NCBI GenBank assembly: GCA_963848295.1
Contig: CAWKDB010000010.1
Coordinates: 480,001-544,000 of the forward strand
Reading direction: 5' to 3'
Source: an uncultured delta proteobacterium
GTDB taxonomy: Bacteria > Myxococcota_A > Polyangia > Haliangiales > Haliangiaceae
DNA length: 64,000 nt
Positions 9,478 to 19,828 of the stretch are shown piece by piece. Position numbers and translations under genes: made by a program. The notes under the pieces were generated by a model, which was not told the origin of the DNA, ran no database searches, and was given only the letters and a program-made list of their open reading frames with translations. The first letter of the stretch is position 1, and each line of letters opens with the position of its first letter.

Positions 9478-11826
9478 TCAGGAGCCCGCTGGGCGGAACG
9501 TGAAGGGATAGGTGACGGACACGCCGCCGCCGCCCTTCGGCTTCGGGAACTCGATGGCGTGGATGACGTCGGCGACACAGCGCGAGACTTCGGGGTCGAC
9601 GCCGTTCGCCGTCGACGTCGCGACGTTGCCGTTCGGCGTGATGAAGAACTGCGTCGAGACCACGCCGGCGAGCTGCGGCTTCACTTGCAGCTGTTTCTCG
9701 TAGCAGTACGAGAACTCGTTCATGTGGCGCTTGATGTAGCGACGGATGATCGCCTTATCGAGATCGCCCGAAGCGTTCGGCTGACCGATCGACACGGTCG
9801 GAACCGCGGCAGTGCGTCCGCGCATACCGCCGCGACCGCTGCCCGAGCCGTAGCCCGTCCCCGTGCCGTTGCCGTGACCGATGGTGCCGTATCGGCCGGT
9901 GCCGATCGTGCCCCAGCCGGTGCCGCCGCCGCCCGGGCCGAAGCCCGACCGGCCGAAGCCGAAGCCGCCTTGCATCTCGCCCGCTTCGTTGCCGAGCAGA
10001 CCGCCGTAGATGTCGCTGTCGTCCGGGCCGCTCGACGTGTCGCCGGTGCCGGTCAGCGAGGCGAACGAGCCGCCCTGCTGAAGTGCCGCGCTGCCGAGGA
10101 TGCCGGCCGTGCGAGCAGCTTCCATCGCTTGCTGGCGAGCGAGCTGCATCTCTTCGGCCGTCTTCTTCATCTTGTATTGGCCCTCGGCGCGATCCGAGTC
10201 CTTCTTGCCCATCTTGCCTTCGTCGAGCGCCATCGCTTGACCGGTGCCGCCAGACTCGTCGGCACCGTCGTCCGGCTTGTCCTCTTCGGGCGGCGGCGGC
10301 GGATCGTCTTGCGACGCCGCGTTCGTGCGAGTCAACGTGTCTTCGTTCGAGGCCATGTCGAGGCTGCCGCCCGAGTCTTCGACCGGGATCTGCTGGAGCA
10401 GCGCCCAGATGCCGAGGTGGACGGCGAGCGAGCCCGCGAAGTATGCGAGCACGCGGCTCTCGAGTGACGCGAACATCGGCATCACGTGACGGCGCGGCGC
10501 GGGCACCGCCGACACGAGGAACGTCGTCTTACCGACGCGCACGCGGATCTTCGCGTTCATCGGGATCGGCGAGATCGTGGTGCGACCTTGCGATGCGAGC
10601 TCCGCCAAGGTCGTGGTCTGGCCGCCGACGTTCATCTCGCCTTCCATGCCGTGGCCGAACTGGAACGCGAAGTCGTCGCCTTGCGGGTGAACCATCGGGA
10701 AGTCAGCCGCGGGGGCACCCTCGGTCGCGAACTCGACGCCCGGCGCGGTGCCGATGCGAACGAGCGGACTGACCTGCTCCTTGCGGGCGCGCGCGAGGCC
10801 GGCGGTCAGCGTCAGCAACGCGAGCCCGAGGCCGCCGAACGCGATGAAGTCGTAACCGATCGATAGCGGCGTCGGACGGAACGCGTGCGGCGGGCGGACC
10901 GTGCACTTCGGGTCCTTGACCCTGCCGTGGCCATCCGGCGAATCGACCATACAGGTCGTCTCGTAGTCGAACCGCACCTTGTTGTGCGCGGCATTGCCGA
11001 CCGATATCACGAAAGCGATGATCGACGCGACGAGAGCGGCCGAGCCGAACGCGACCAAGCCCCAGGTCATGCCCTGGATCTTGCCGCCGTGCGGATCGAT
11101 GCAGTGCTTCACGCCGACGACCGAGTCGCCGAGCATGGCGGCGACTTCGACCGCGCGCGCACCGCCGAGATCGTCGGCGGATTCGGCCATCGCGGCGGCA
11201 AACCCGGCCGGTGCAGCGGTCGCGGTGCCGTAGATCGCAGCGCCACCGGGCATGCCGGGCGGCGGGCGCAACGCAGCCGGCGCCGCGGCGAATTGCTGTG
11301 GAACCGGCATCGGCGCGGGCGCGGGCGCAAACTGTTGCGGCGGCGGCGCAAACTGTTGCGGCGGTGCAGCCGGCGGGGCCATCGGCCGGGAAGGCGGCCC
11401 GACCGGGATGACCGGTTGGCCCATCGGCCGCGGGCTCGAAGCCACAACACCGGCGGACTCGACCGGCGGTGCCGCTTGAGTCGTCACCCGGGTCGGAGCG
11501 TCGTCTTCTTCGCCAGGTACGCCGATCGCGAGCTCGATCCGAGTCTCACCGACGACGATCGTATCGCCGGTCTGGAGCTTCGCCTTGTTGACCTTCTGGC
11601 CGTTGACGAACGTTCCCTTCGTCGACCCGAGGTCGATGATGCTGACGTCACCAGGTCCATTGACCTCGATGATCGCGTGCATGCGGCTCACGGTCTCGTC
11701 ATCGAGCTTGAGGTGCGCCGATGGCACCTTGCCGAGCTTGATGACAGACAGGCTCAGCCGCTCCTCGCGGACCAGCTGATCGCCTTTGAAAATGCGGAAT
11801 GTGAGCGGAACTTTTGCGCCGGCCAT
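9478..11826 (-). CDS. gltG: Gliding motility protein GltG-like (FHA - Pro-rich linker - TM - Gly-rich - TonB-C/AgmX-PglI C-terminal domain)
   Basis: N-terminal FHA (VSRMHA, DLGSTKGTFVNG). C-terminal CYEKQL...FPKPKGGGGVSVTYPF. Synteny with gltDEF. Confidence 0.8.
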   Translation of the reverse strand: MAGAKVPLTFRIFKGDQLVREERLSLSVIKLGKVPSAHLKLDDETVSRMHAIIEVNGPGDVSIIDLGSTKGTFVNGQKVNKAKLQTGDTIVVGETRIELAIGVPGEEDDAPTRVTTQAAPPVESAGVVASSPRPMGQPVIPVGPPSRPMAPPAAPPQQFAPPPQQFAPAPAPMPVPQQFAAAPAALRPPPGMPGGAAIYGTATAAPAGFAAAMAESADDLGGARAVEVAAMLGDSVVGVKHCIDPHGGKIQGMTWGLVAFGSAALVASIIAFVISVGNAAHNKVRFDYETTCMVDSPDGHGRVKDPKCTVRPPHAFRPTPLSIGYDFIAFGGLGLALLTLTAGLARARKEQVSPLVRIGTAPGVEFATEGAPAADFPMVHPQGDDFAFQFGHGMEGEMNVGGQTTTLAELASQGRTTISPIPMNAKIRVRVGKTTFLVSAVPAPRRHVMPMFASLESRVLAYFAGSLAVHLGIWALLQQIPVEDSGGSLDMASNEDTLTRTNAASQDDPPPPPEEDKPDDGADESGGTGQAMALDEGKMGKKDSDRAEGQYKMKKTAEEMQLARQQAMEAARTAGILGSAALQQGGSFASLTGTGDTSSGPDDSDIYGGLLGNEAGEMQGGFGFGRSGFGPGGGGTGWGTIGTGRYGTIGHGNGTGTGYGSGSGRGGMRGRTAAVPTVSIGQPNASGDLDKAIIRRYIKRHMNEFSYCYEKQLQVKPQLAGVVSTQFFITPNGNVATSTANGVDPEVSRCVADVIHAIEFPKPKGGGGVSVTYPFTFRPAGS

Positions 11827-11898
11827 ATCGATCTCCTTACAGGAGCTACTTCACTGGCCGGGAGGTAGCGAACGCGACGCCGACTTGGCGCCGCCTCG

Positions 11899-12186
11899 CT
11901 ACAAGTCCTCGGCCGACTTGATGATCTCGGAAATGAAATTCGTGCGGATACGGATGAGGCTCGAGTGCTTCGCGAACTGAGTTGCGTCGATCGTCGAGCC
12001 CTCGGGTTTGACCAGATCGCCTTCGATCGTGTCGCCGGAGAAGTCGTAGACCTTCACCTTGCCGTTGCCGCCGCCCGATGCCGCCGGAGGAGCGGCGCCA
12101 CCCTTCTTGTCGTCGGCGGACGCCGTACCGACGCTGACAATAGCCAAGAGTGCGAGCACCGACACGAACGATACGAGCTTGCGCAT
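11899..12186 (-). CDS. gltF: Gliding motility protein GltF/CglF-like small secreted protein
   Basis: Signal peptide, then YDFSGDTIEGDLVKPEG...SSLIRIRTNFISEIIKSAEDL. Lies between gltE and gltG. Confidence 0.8.
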   Translation of the reverse strand: MRKLVSFVSVLALLAIVSVGTASADDKKGGAAPPAASGGGNGKVKVYDFSGDTIEGDLVKPEGSTIDATQFAKHSSLIRIRTNFISEIIKSAEDL

Positions 12187-12343
12187 GGTCATCCCTTTGC
12201 TGACCTCGGGGCGAAGCTCGGTTGACACGAGGCTTCCGACACCGGGGTCATGACTTGGTTCCAGGATTCTTTCCAAAAAGTTCCGCAGTTGCCAGACACG
12301 TTTTCCGGGGCGGAGTTGCGAGCTCGCGCCCCGGTGATTTCAA

Positions 12344-13825
12344 CTACTTGTGAGGCTGGGCTACTGGCGCTCCAGCCGCCGCGGGCGCTCCAGCCGCCGC
12401 GGGTGATCCCGCCGGCGCGGCACCTGCCGGGGGAGCTGCCGGCGCAGCACCCGCCGGGGGGGCCGGCGGAGTCGGCGCCGGCGGAGGCTGAGCCGGCTGG
12501 CTCTGGATGTTCTTGATCGCTTCATCCATCTGCTTGATGACCTTGTCGCAGTCCGCGATGTTGTTCTTCGCCTCGGCCTTGTCCGCGGCGTCGCCGTCCT
12601 TGTCGAGGAACTGCTTGAAGAAGTCCGATGCCTGGCGATAGATGCCCTGCGAAGTCCGCAGGCCCTTCACCGGATCCGGGTCGTTGACCTTGGTCGCGCG
12701 GAACGCCTTGTACAGCACGCCCAGGTTGTAGAACGCCTCGCCGCGCCGGCCATCGATGTCCTTGGCCTTCTTGAAGCTCGCCTCGGCGCCGTCGAAGTCA
12801 TTGAGGCCACGCTGCGCGACTCCGAGGCCGATCAACGCGTCGTAGTTCTTCGGCTGGAGCTCGAGCACCTTCGAGAAGTTGTCCTTCGCGACGTCGTACT
12901 TGCGGAACCCGAGCACGGTCTCGCCGACGTTCATCCGCGCTTCGACGAACTTCGGATCGGACTCGACCGCCGCCGAGAAGTGCGGACAGCGCCTCGTTGA
13001 GCGAGCCGCGGTGCATGATAGTAGAGGCCGTACGCGTTTTGCAACGCCGCATACTTCGCGTTGCGCTTCTGCGCTTCGTCGAGCAACAGCTTCGCGAGGT
13101 CGAGCCGGTTCTTGTTCTGCTGCCAGCCCTCCAGGTAGAGCAAGCCGTAGTCGGTGTAGGCCTCGACGCTCTCGCTGTCGACGCCGAGCGCGCTCGACAG
13201 CTGGAACTTCACGTCGTCTTGCAGCTTCTGCCAGTTCGCGTCCTTCGGGTTGTTGATCTTGCGCATCTGCTCGATCTCGAGCGACGCGGTGTTGACGCGC
13301 GCGCCGACGAGCTTGCCGTTCGCCTTGATCGCGGTGTCCCAGTACTGCTTGGCGCCGTCGATCTTGCCCTGGTGATAATAGATGTCACCGAGGTCCGAGG
13401 TCGCGCCGGCGATCTTCGCGGCGTCGGCCTTCATGTGGATCGCGACCTGCAACGCCTTCTCGGCGTCGCCGTACATGTTGCAGCTTGAGGTACGACCGCG
13501 CGGAGTTGAGCTGCGCTTCGATCAGGTCGCTGTGATCGTGCGCGATCGAGGCGAACTTGTCGGCGAGCGAGCGACACGACTGGTCGGTCCAGCCGTTCTT
13601 CGTGTCGTTGTCGAGGAACATGTCGTACGCGGCCTTGAAGTCGGTGCGCGCATCCTTGGAGATGGCGCGCGGCGCCGCCTTCACGGTCGCTTCGCCGCCG
13701 GTCGGAGCCGACGGAGGTGGCGGGACGTGACCGCCACTCGAGCCGCCGTTATTGACGGACTTCTGCCCACCGCCGCAAGCGGCGACCGCGAGCCCGAACA
13801 CCATTGTTGAAATGAGGTTACGCAT
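12344..13825 (-). CDS. gltE: GltE/AglT-like TPR lipoprotein (split by frameshifts near 13480 and 12985-13015)
   Basis: Lipobox AVAAC. TPR segments are distributed over ORFs 13385-13825, 12931-13476, 12798-13052 and 12344-12934, which join when single bases are removed. Confidence 0.7.
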
Positions 13826-13836
13826 GGTCGCTCCTC

Positions 13837-16800
13837 TTACTCGAGCTTCGCGGGGGGTTCGGCCGAGATCACGGGTGCGACGCCGTTCGGGTCACCGTGC
13901 AGCTCGGACGCGGTGGGGAATTGCTCGGGCTTGATCTGGCCGAGCTCGCGTTCACACAGCTTCGACCAGTCGCTGAACCAACCGAGCTCGGTCGAGCGCT
14001 GGAGACAGAAGCCGTACTTGTCCAGGGATGCATCCTCGAGCGGCTGCGCCTTGTCGGTCAGCGCATCGCAGAACGCCGCCGACGCGTCCTCTGCGAACTC
14101 GCCGGTGCGCACGTTGGCCGGGATCTCTGCGGTGAACAGCTGATCGGAGAACTCCTGCGTGATCTGGCCGAGCCGCGCCGCGGCCTCGATCGAGTTCGCC
14201 GGATCGTGGATATCGAGCACCTTGGAGTACTTGTCCGCGGCGGCCTGCGCGAGCTTCTGCTTCGCGGTGAACCAGTCGCCGAACCGCTTGGTGCTCTTCG
14301 CGGCGATCGCCTTCTTGTTCGGATCGAAGTTCAGGCCGGTCGGGAACTTCGAGTCGAGATACTTCTCGAAGTCAGCGTCGGCCTCGAGGTTCTTGACCTG
14401 CGCGTAGTAGTACTTCGACGAGTGATCGCCGGCGTCGCTGCCGGTCTTGCCCTGGTGCTTCTCGTACTCGCCGGTGACCGCCCTGAACTCGGCCTGGGCG
14501 TCGCGGACCTTGCGATCGTCGCGCTTGACGACGGTGAGCTTGATCTTCGACTCCGGGCCGCACTGCAGCGGGATCTCGGCGCCCTTCCTGTGCTTCTGCT
14601 TCCTCGTCGCGATCGCGCGCTCGCGGGTGACCTTGACGCACGAGCCGTCGACGAGCTTCACCGGGCACGATTGGTTCCACAGGATCGTGCCGATCTTCGC
14701 GTGCGCGGTGATCACGCGATCGATCCCGCCCTTCTCGCCGTAGTTGTGCAGGTACTCGCGCAGGTGCTTGATCACCGCGTCGTTGTCGCCTTGCTTCTCG
14801 TAGATCGAGGTCAGCGCGAAGCTCGCGGTCGCCGCATCGCCCGGGTTCTTCGCACCGAACGTCCTGATGAAGTACTTCGTGTCGTCAATCGCCTTCTGGT
14901 CGTTGCCGATGCCCTTCTGGAAGAACACCGCCTCGCCCATCAGCTTGGCGGCGTCACTTTCGGCGGCGTAGTTCTTCGCGTAGATCTCGTCCTGCTCCGA
15001 CGCGCGGTCGTAGAACGCGATGTCACCGTAGACCTTGCCGAGCCGGCCGACCGCGTGCGCGGTCTGCTTCGACTTCGGGTATTCCTTCTGCAGCCGGTTG
15101 TACATGTTGATCGCGGCGCCGATCGACTTGCCCTCTTCGAAGCAAACGCCCGCGTTGTAGAGGATGACGTCGTTGCCCTTGTCTTCCGGGTTGCGGTTGT
15201 AGATATCGAGGTACGCCTGGCCGCACGCGACGTACTGCGAGAAGTCCTTCGAGTCTTTCGCGGCCTGCTCGAGGTGCTCGGCGCGCTTCGCGAGCGACTG
15301 GGCCTTCAAGGTCTCGATCGTCGCCTTCAGGGTGTCCTTGCCCTCGAGGAACTTCTTGTCGGCGTCGAGCTTGTCGGCGAGCGCGAGCATGTCGTCGTAC
15401 TTGTGCAGCCGGTTATAGGTATCGAGCAGCAGCTGCGCCGAGTACTCCGCGGTCTCGTGATCGCGATGGTGATCGAGGATGTCCAGGAACAGCGGGATCG
15501 CCTCGTCGAAGTGATTGAAACGGCGGTAGAGGTTCGCCTTGAGGAACTTCATCCCGACGAGCTCGTCGTCCTTCGGGTCCTTGATGTACTTGATATAGAT
15601 GTCGAACGCCGCGAGCATCTTCTGGTCGCGCTCGGGGATCGGCTTCGGTTGCGGGATGGTCTTGTAATCGGTGTCGGCCTTCGCGTCCTCGAGGTCCGCC
15701 TGCTGCTTCACCCGCGGGTCGACGTTGAGCGCGTTCTTCCAGCCGAGCACTGCGGCGTACGCCGACTCCTTCATCAGCTTGTCGCCGACCTTGCCGGTCT
15801 TGACGACATCGGTGAACTCGGTCGCGGCGTTCTCCCACAGCTCGGTCTGGAGCCGCGGGTTCTTCTCGTTGTCCGCGCGCGACCACAGCAGCTCCGCATA
15901 GAAGTACTGGGTCTGCGCGTAGTCCTCGGCGTCCGGGAACACCTCGAGGTACACCTTGTAGAGCTTCTCGGCGTACGCGAGCGTCTCGGGGTTCTTCGTC
16001 TTCGCCGACTCGGAGTGATACGCGCGGGCGAGCTCGCCCGACATCGCCGCGGCGTTGTCGTGGCACTCCTGCGCGTCGGCGGGCGGCAGCACCTTCCTGG
16101 GCTTCAGCGCGCCCCACAGCTTAACGAGGTTCTCGATCTCGGCGACCTTGTCGCTGTTGGTCGAGCCCGGCATCGACATCATCGCGCGCGCGACGTTGTC
16201 CTGCCACAAGCACACGTTCTTGTTGGTCGGCTCCTGCTTCATCAGCTCGCGGAACACGTAGATCGCTTTGTCGCTCTTACCTTGGTCGAGGTAGAGGTCG
16301 GCGAGGATCGCGAGCATGCTGAGCGCGTACTTCTGATCGACGCGCTTGAACGCGTTGAGCGCCTGGTCCGCTTTGCCGACCTCTGCGTAGGCTCGGACGA
16401 AGTCCTTCTTCGCGGCGGCGTTGAGCATCTTGTTCTTCGGATCGTTCGCGGTGTTCTGCGCGACCTTGAAGAACGTCTCGAGCGCGTCCTGATACTTCTG
16501 CAAGTTCAGGTCGACCCAGCCGAGCTTGTAGTACGCGTACCAGTAGGCCTGCGACTTCGGAAACTTGAGGACCATCTTGTAGCGGGCCTCGGCGTCGGCC
16601 AGCTGGTTCTGCTCGAAGAAATAATCGGCGAACGCGAGGTGCGCTTCGGGCACGTACTTCGACTGCGGATAGTTCTTCAGCAGCTGGTCGTAGACGTTGC
16701 GCGCTTCCTTCATGTACTTCGCGCTGGTCAGCGTGTAGCCGTAATAGAACAGCGCCATGTCCATCTTGGCGTAGTTCTTCAGTCGGTCGTTGCTGGTCAG

Positions 16801-17298
16801 GGCCTGGTAGACCCTGACCGCCTTCAACATGTAGTCCTTGGCCTTCTTGGTCGCGTCGTTGAACGACGCGGTGTACTTCGCCTTGTCCGCCGGCAGTCGC
16901 GCCTTGTCGACCATCAGCTGAGCCTCGGCGGAGCGCAGGCGGTAGTAGCGCTGCTGCTTCGCGTAGAGCTCACCGAGCCGGAAGTAGAGATCGGCTTTCT
17001 CGTCGACGTCGTTATCCGACGTCTGCTTGATCAGCTCGATGAAGCCCTGCTCCTCTTCGATGCGAATGTCGCCGACCAAGCCTTCGACGTTGAGCACCTG
17101 GTCAGCAGAGAGCGTCGGCTGGGTTTCGGCCGGATCCTTCGCCTTGGGTTGGATCGGCCTACTCCGCTCCGACAGGTTGACGTTGATCTTCACGTCTTGG
17201 TTACGCGTGTACTTCGGCTTCGTGTCGGCCTGCGCTAGCGGCGCAGCAGCGGCTGCGGCGACCAATGCGGCCATGGTGGTGAGCTTCCACTTAGACAT
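13837..17298 (-). CDS. gltD: GltD/AgmU-like secreted TPR protein
   Basis: 1153 aa with signal peptide, TPRs (DLYFRLGELY, YAYYKLGWV) and C-terminal 'WFSDWSKLCERELGQ'. Upstream of gltE. Confidence 0.75.
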   Translation of the reverse strand: MSKWKLTTMAALVAAAAAAPLAQADTKPKYTRNQDVKINVNLSERSRPIQPKAKDPAETQPTLSADQVLNVEGLVGDIRIEEEQGFIELIKQTSDNDVDEKADLYFRLGELYAKQQRYYRLRSAEAQLMVDKARLPADKAKYTASFNDATKKAKDYMLKAVRVYQALTSNDRLKNYAKMDMALFYYGYTLTSAKYMKEARNVYDQLLKNYPQSKYVPEAHLAFADYFFEQNQLADAEARYKMVLKFPKSQAYWYAYYKLGWVDLNLQKYQDALETFFKVAQNTANDPKNKMLNAAAKKDFVRAYAEVGKADQALNAFKRVDQKYALSMLAILADLYLDQGKSDKAIYVFRELMKQEPTNKNVCLWQDNVARAMMSMPGSTNSDKVAEIENLVKLWGALKPRKVLPPADAQECHDNAAAMSGELARAYHSESAKTKNPETLAYAEKLYKVYLEVFPDAEDYAQTQYFYAELLWSRADNEKNPRLQTELWENAATEFTDVVKTGKVGDKLMKESAYAAVLGWKNALNVDPRVKQQADLEDAKADTDYKTIPQPKPIPERDQKMLAAFDIYIKYIKDPKDDELVGMKFLKANLYRRFNHFDEAIPLFLDILDHHRDHETAEYSAQLLLDTYNRLHKYDDMLALADKLDADKKFLEGKDTLKATIETLKAQSLAKRAEHLEQAAKDSKDFSQYVACGQAYLDIYNRNPEDKGNDVILYNAGVCFEEGKSIGAAINMYNRLQKEYPKSKQTAHAVGRLGKVYGDIAFYDRASEQDEIYAKNYAAESDAAKLMGEAVFFQKGIGNDQKAIDDTKYFIRTFGAKNPGDAATASFALTSIYEKQGDNDAVIKHLREYLHNYGEKGGIDRVITAHAKIGTILWNQSCPVKLVDGSCVKVTRERAIATRKQKHRKGAEIPLQCGPESKIKLTVVKRDDRKVRDAQAEFRAVTGEYEKHQGKTGSDAGDHSSKYYYAQVKNLEADADFEKYLDSKFPTGLNFDPNKKAIAAKSTKRFGDWFTAKQKLAQAAADKYSKVLDIHDPANSIEAAARLGQITQEFSDQLFTAEIPANVRTGEFAEDASAAFCDALTDKAQPLEDASLDKYGFCLQRSTELGWFSDWSKLCERELGQIKPEQFPTASELHGDPNGVAPVISAEPPAKLE

Positions 17299-17490
17299 GA
17301 CAGTTCCCTTCTCTTCTTCCGGCGGGACTAGAACACGACTTGGGCAAGGCGCGGGCGACGCGACGTCTGGTTCCGCCGCTGCCGGCCAGCGAACGCAAAA
17401 ATCCCGTTCCCCAAATGAATGGAGCCAGGTTCTTGTGGGTTCGATTAGCCGTCATCGTCGGGTGGGCGAGGCGATGCGCCGGCTAAGACG

Positions 17491-19105
17491 CTATTGTTTT
17501 GGACAGCGGGACCGGATCTTGAACCGGTAATAGCCCAGCTCGTCCTTCCAGTACTCGCCATTAAACTTCCACTGAAAGTGTTCGTCGTCAACGACAATCG
17601 GTTCTTCGCGGTGGTCGGCGGCGATGCGCTGACCCGCTTGCTCGGCTGAGACCTTGTCGGCCTTCGCGTTCAAGATCTCGAGCTTGATGCGCAAACCGTC
17701 GCCGTTGAGGCGAGCGAGCTCCTTGGCGAACCGGTCGAGGCGATCGCGAGCGACCTTGCCGGCATCGGCCGCGGCGACCGACTGCTGAACCGTCAGCTCC
17801 TGCAGCACTTCGTTCGCGACCTGCGTGGTCTGCCACGCCTTGTCGCTCTTGCCGAGCATGTCGAGCTCGTGGTTGAGCTCGTCGACCCACGCGAACGTCT
17901 TCAGCAGCGTCTTGTCGTTGAGCTGGCTCATGACGAGGCGCTGCGCCGTCGGATCGAGGCCGCCTTTGCCCGCCTTGACCTTCTTGACGTACTCGTAGAA
18001 CTCCGCGTTGTCGTTGGTCTTCGCGATGATGTCGGTCAGCGTGGTCTTGAGCGGGCCGTACTTCTCGTTGAAGTCGGCGATCGCTTCCTCGGCCTGATCG
18101 TAGAGGCAGTACTTGAAGTAGATGACCGCGCGGAGCAGCACGGCCTCCGGGTAGAAGTCGTTCTCGAAGTACGGCGCGCTCAGCGTGTGAATATTGCCGA
18201 GCGCCTTCGAGTTGAGCGTCTTCATGTAGTACGCCCACGACGCCTCGAACAGCGACTCGGCCCAGTCGGCCGAGTTCTGATCGAGTCTTCTCGAAGTACT
18301 TGATCGACGTGTCGAACTGCTGCGTCGAGTAGAACACGCGGGCCATCTGCAGCTGCGCGAGCTCTTGATAGTCCGCGATATCGGCGGCCGCGTACGCCTT
18401 CGGGTGCTCCTCGCCGATGACCAAGATGTCCTTGAACGCGTCGACCGCGGGCTTGCCTTCGTACTTGCGGACGTGGGTGACGCCCTCGAAGAACTTCGCC
18501 TTGATGTAGAACGGGCTGTTGCGATCGACTTGCTGGAACAGCGAGATCGCCTTGTCGAAGTCGCCGTCGCCGCCGTGGCGATAGAAGTGGCGGCCGAGCA
18601 AGAACAGCAGCTCGTCCTTGACCGACGCGAGCTGCGGGTCATTGAGCGCCGAAGGATCGTACGTGCCGATCTTCTCGAGGATGCCCGAGGTCTCGGGCAA
18701 CACGCGCGACAGCGCCGCGAGCCACTTGAGCGCGGCGCCGTGATAGGCGTGCTGGTCGCCGGCCTGGACGATCTTGTCGAAGTACGCGAGCGAGCCGGCG
18801 TAGAACCCCATCTGATAGAGCGTCTTGCCCATGAAGAACTCGGCGCGCTGCTTGTTCTTCGCGTCGTCGCCGCTCTCGCCGTCGAGCACCTTCTTCAGCT
18901 CGATCGAGGCCGAGAAGAAGTCGTGCTTGTCGTACAGCTTGATCGCGCGCTCCAGCGTCTTGGACGGCGGCGTCGAGACGCCGGGCTCGTCGGTATCGCT
19001 GACCGCCGCCTTGCCTTTGCCGGCGGACCCGCCTCCACCGGCAGACGCGACGCTGGCGCCGATGACTAAAGCGACCGCGAATGTCAGATAGGAAAGCAAA
19101 CGCAT
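17491..19105 (-). CDS. gltC: GltC-like TPR protein (one frameshift near 18286)
   Basis: Signal peptide from ATG 19105. C-terminal WKFNGEYWKDELGYY motif typical of GltC. The two overlapping ORFs join at FEK/LDQNS. Confidence 0.75.
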
Positions 19106-19318
19106 CAGGCTCCTCCGGTCCCGCATCCCGACGGATGGGCGAGCGAATCATCGGCGTGGCGATGTTGCATTGTCAAGCGAGCGGCCGCATGCGATCCGCT
19201 CGGGGCAGACACCACCAGCCCTAGCCGGTTGCAGGGCCACCTGATCACAATGACCTCGCGAGTTTGTTAGAGGTCGGCGTCTTGACTTGGCCGGGGCCCT
19301 CTTTGATTATCCGAGGCC

Positions 19319-19810
19319 ATGATCGTCAGCCGTCACATCGCGTTTCTTGCGGGCGTCGTGCTCGCGGTCGGCTGCAACGGCACGCCCGTCGGCCGGATCT
19401 GCGACCTCGGTAGCAACATGCCCGAGCCGGGCTCGACGATCATCGCGTCGCCCTCGCTCGACTGCGTGTCGCGCGCCTGCTTGGAGATCCCGCTGGGTCG
19501 CGCGCTGCCGACCGGCAGCATGTACCCGCAGGGCAACAATGGCCTATGCACGGCCGAGTGCGAGAGCGACGACGATTGCGACCGCGTCCCCGAGTCGCCG
19601 TGCGTCACCGGCTTCACGTGCGGCATCGCGATCAGCGCGCCGGGCCCGTTCTGCTGCCAGAAGTTCTGCATCTGTAAGGACTACGTGGTCGTGCCGGATA
19701 CCGGCGAGATCCCGCCGCCCGCCGCGTGCGATGCGACGAACCCGGACAACACCTGCTGCAATCTCGCGGGGCGCAACGACAACGCGATGTACCCGCTCTG
19801 CAAGACTTAG
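19319..19810 (+). CDS. cglC: CglC-like cysteine-rich lipoprotein
   Basis: Lipobox LAVGC, SPSLDCVSRAC, CTAECESDDDC and CCQKFCIC. Divergent from gltC. Confidence 0.6.
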   Translation: MIVSRHIAFLAGVVLAVGCNGTPVGRICDLGSNMPEPGSTIIASPSLDCVSRACLEIPLGRALPTGSMYPQGNNGLCTAECESDDDCDRVPESPCVTGFTCGIAISAPGPFCCQKFCICKDYVVVPDTGEIPPPAACDATNPDNTCCNLAGRNDNAMYPLCKT

Positions 19811-19828
19811 CGAAGCGCGTCGGTATCG

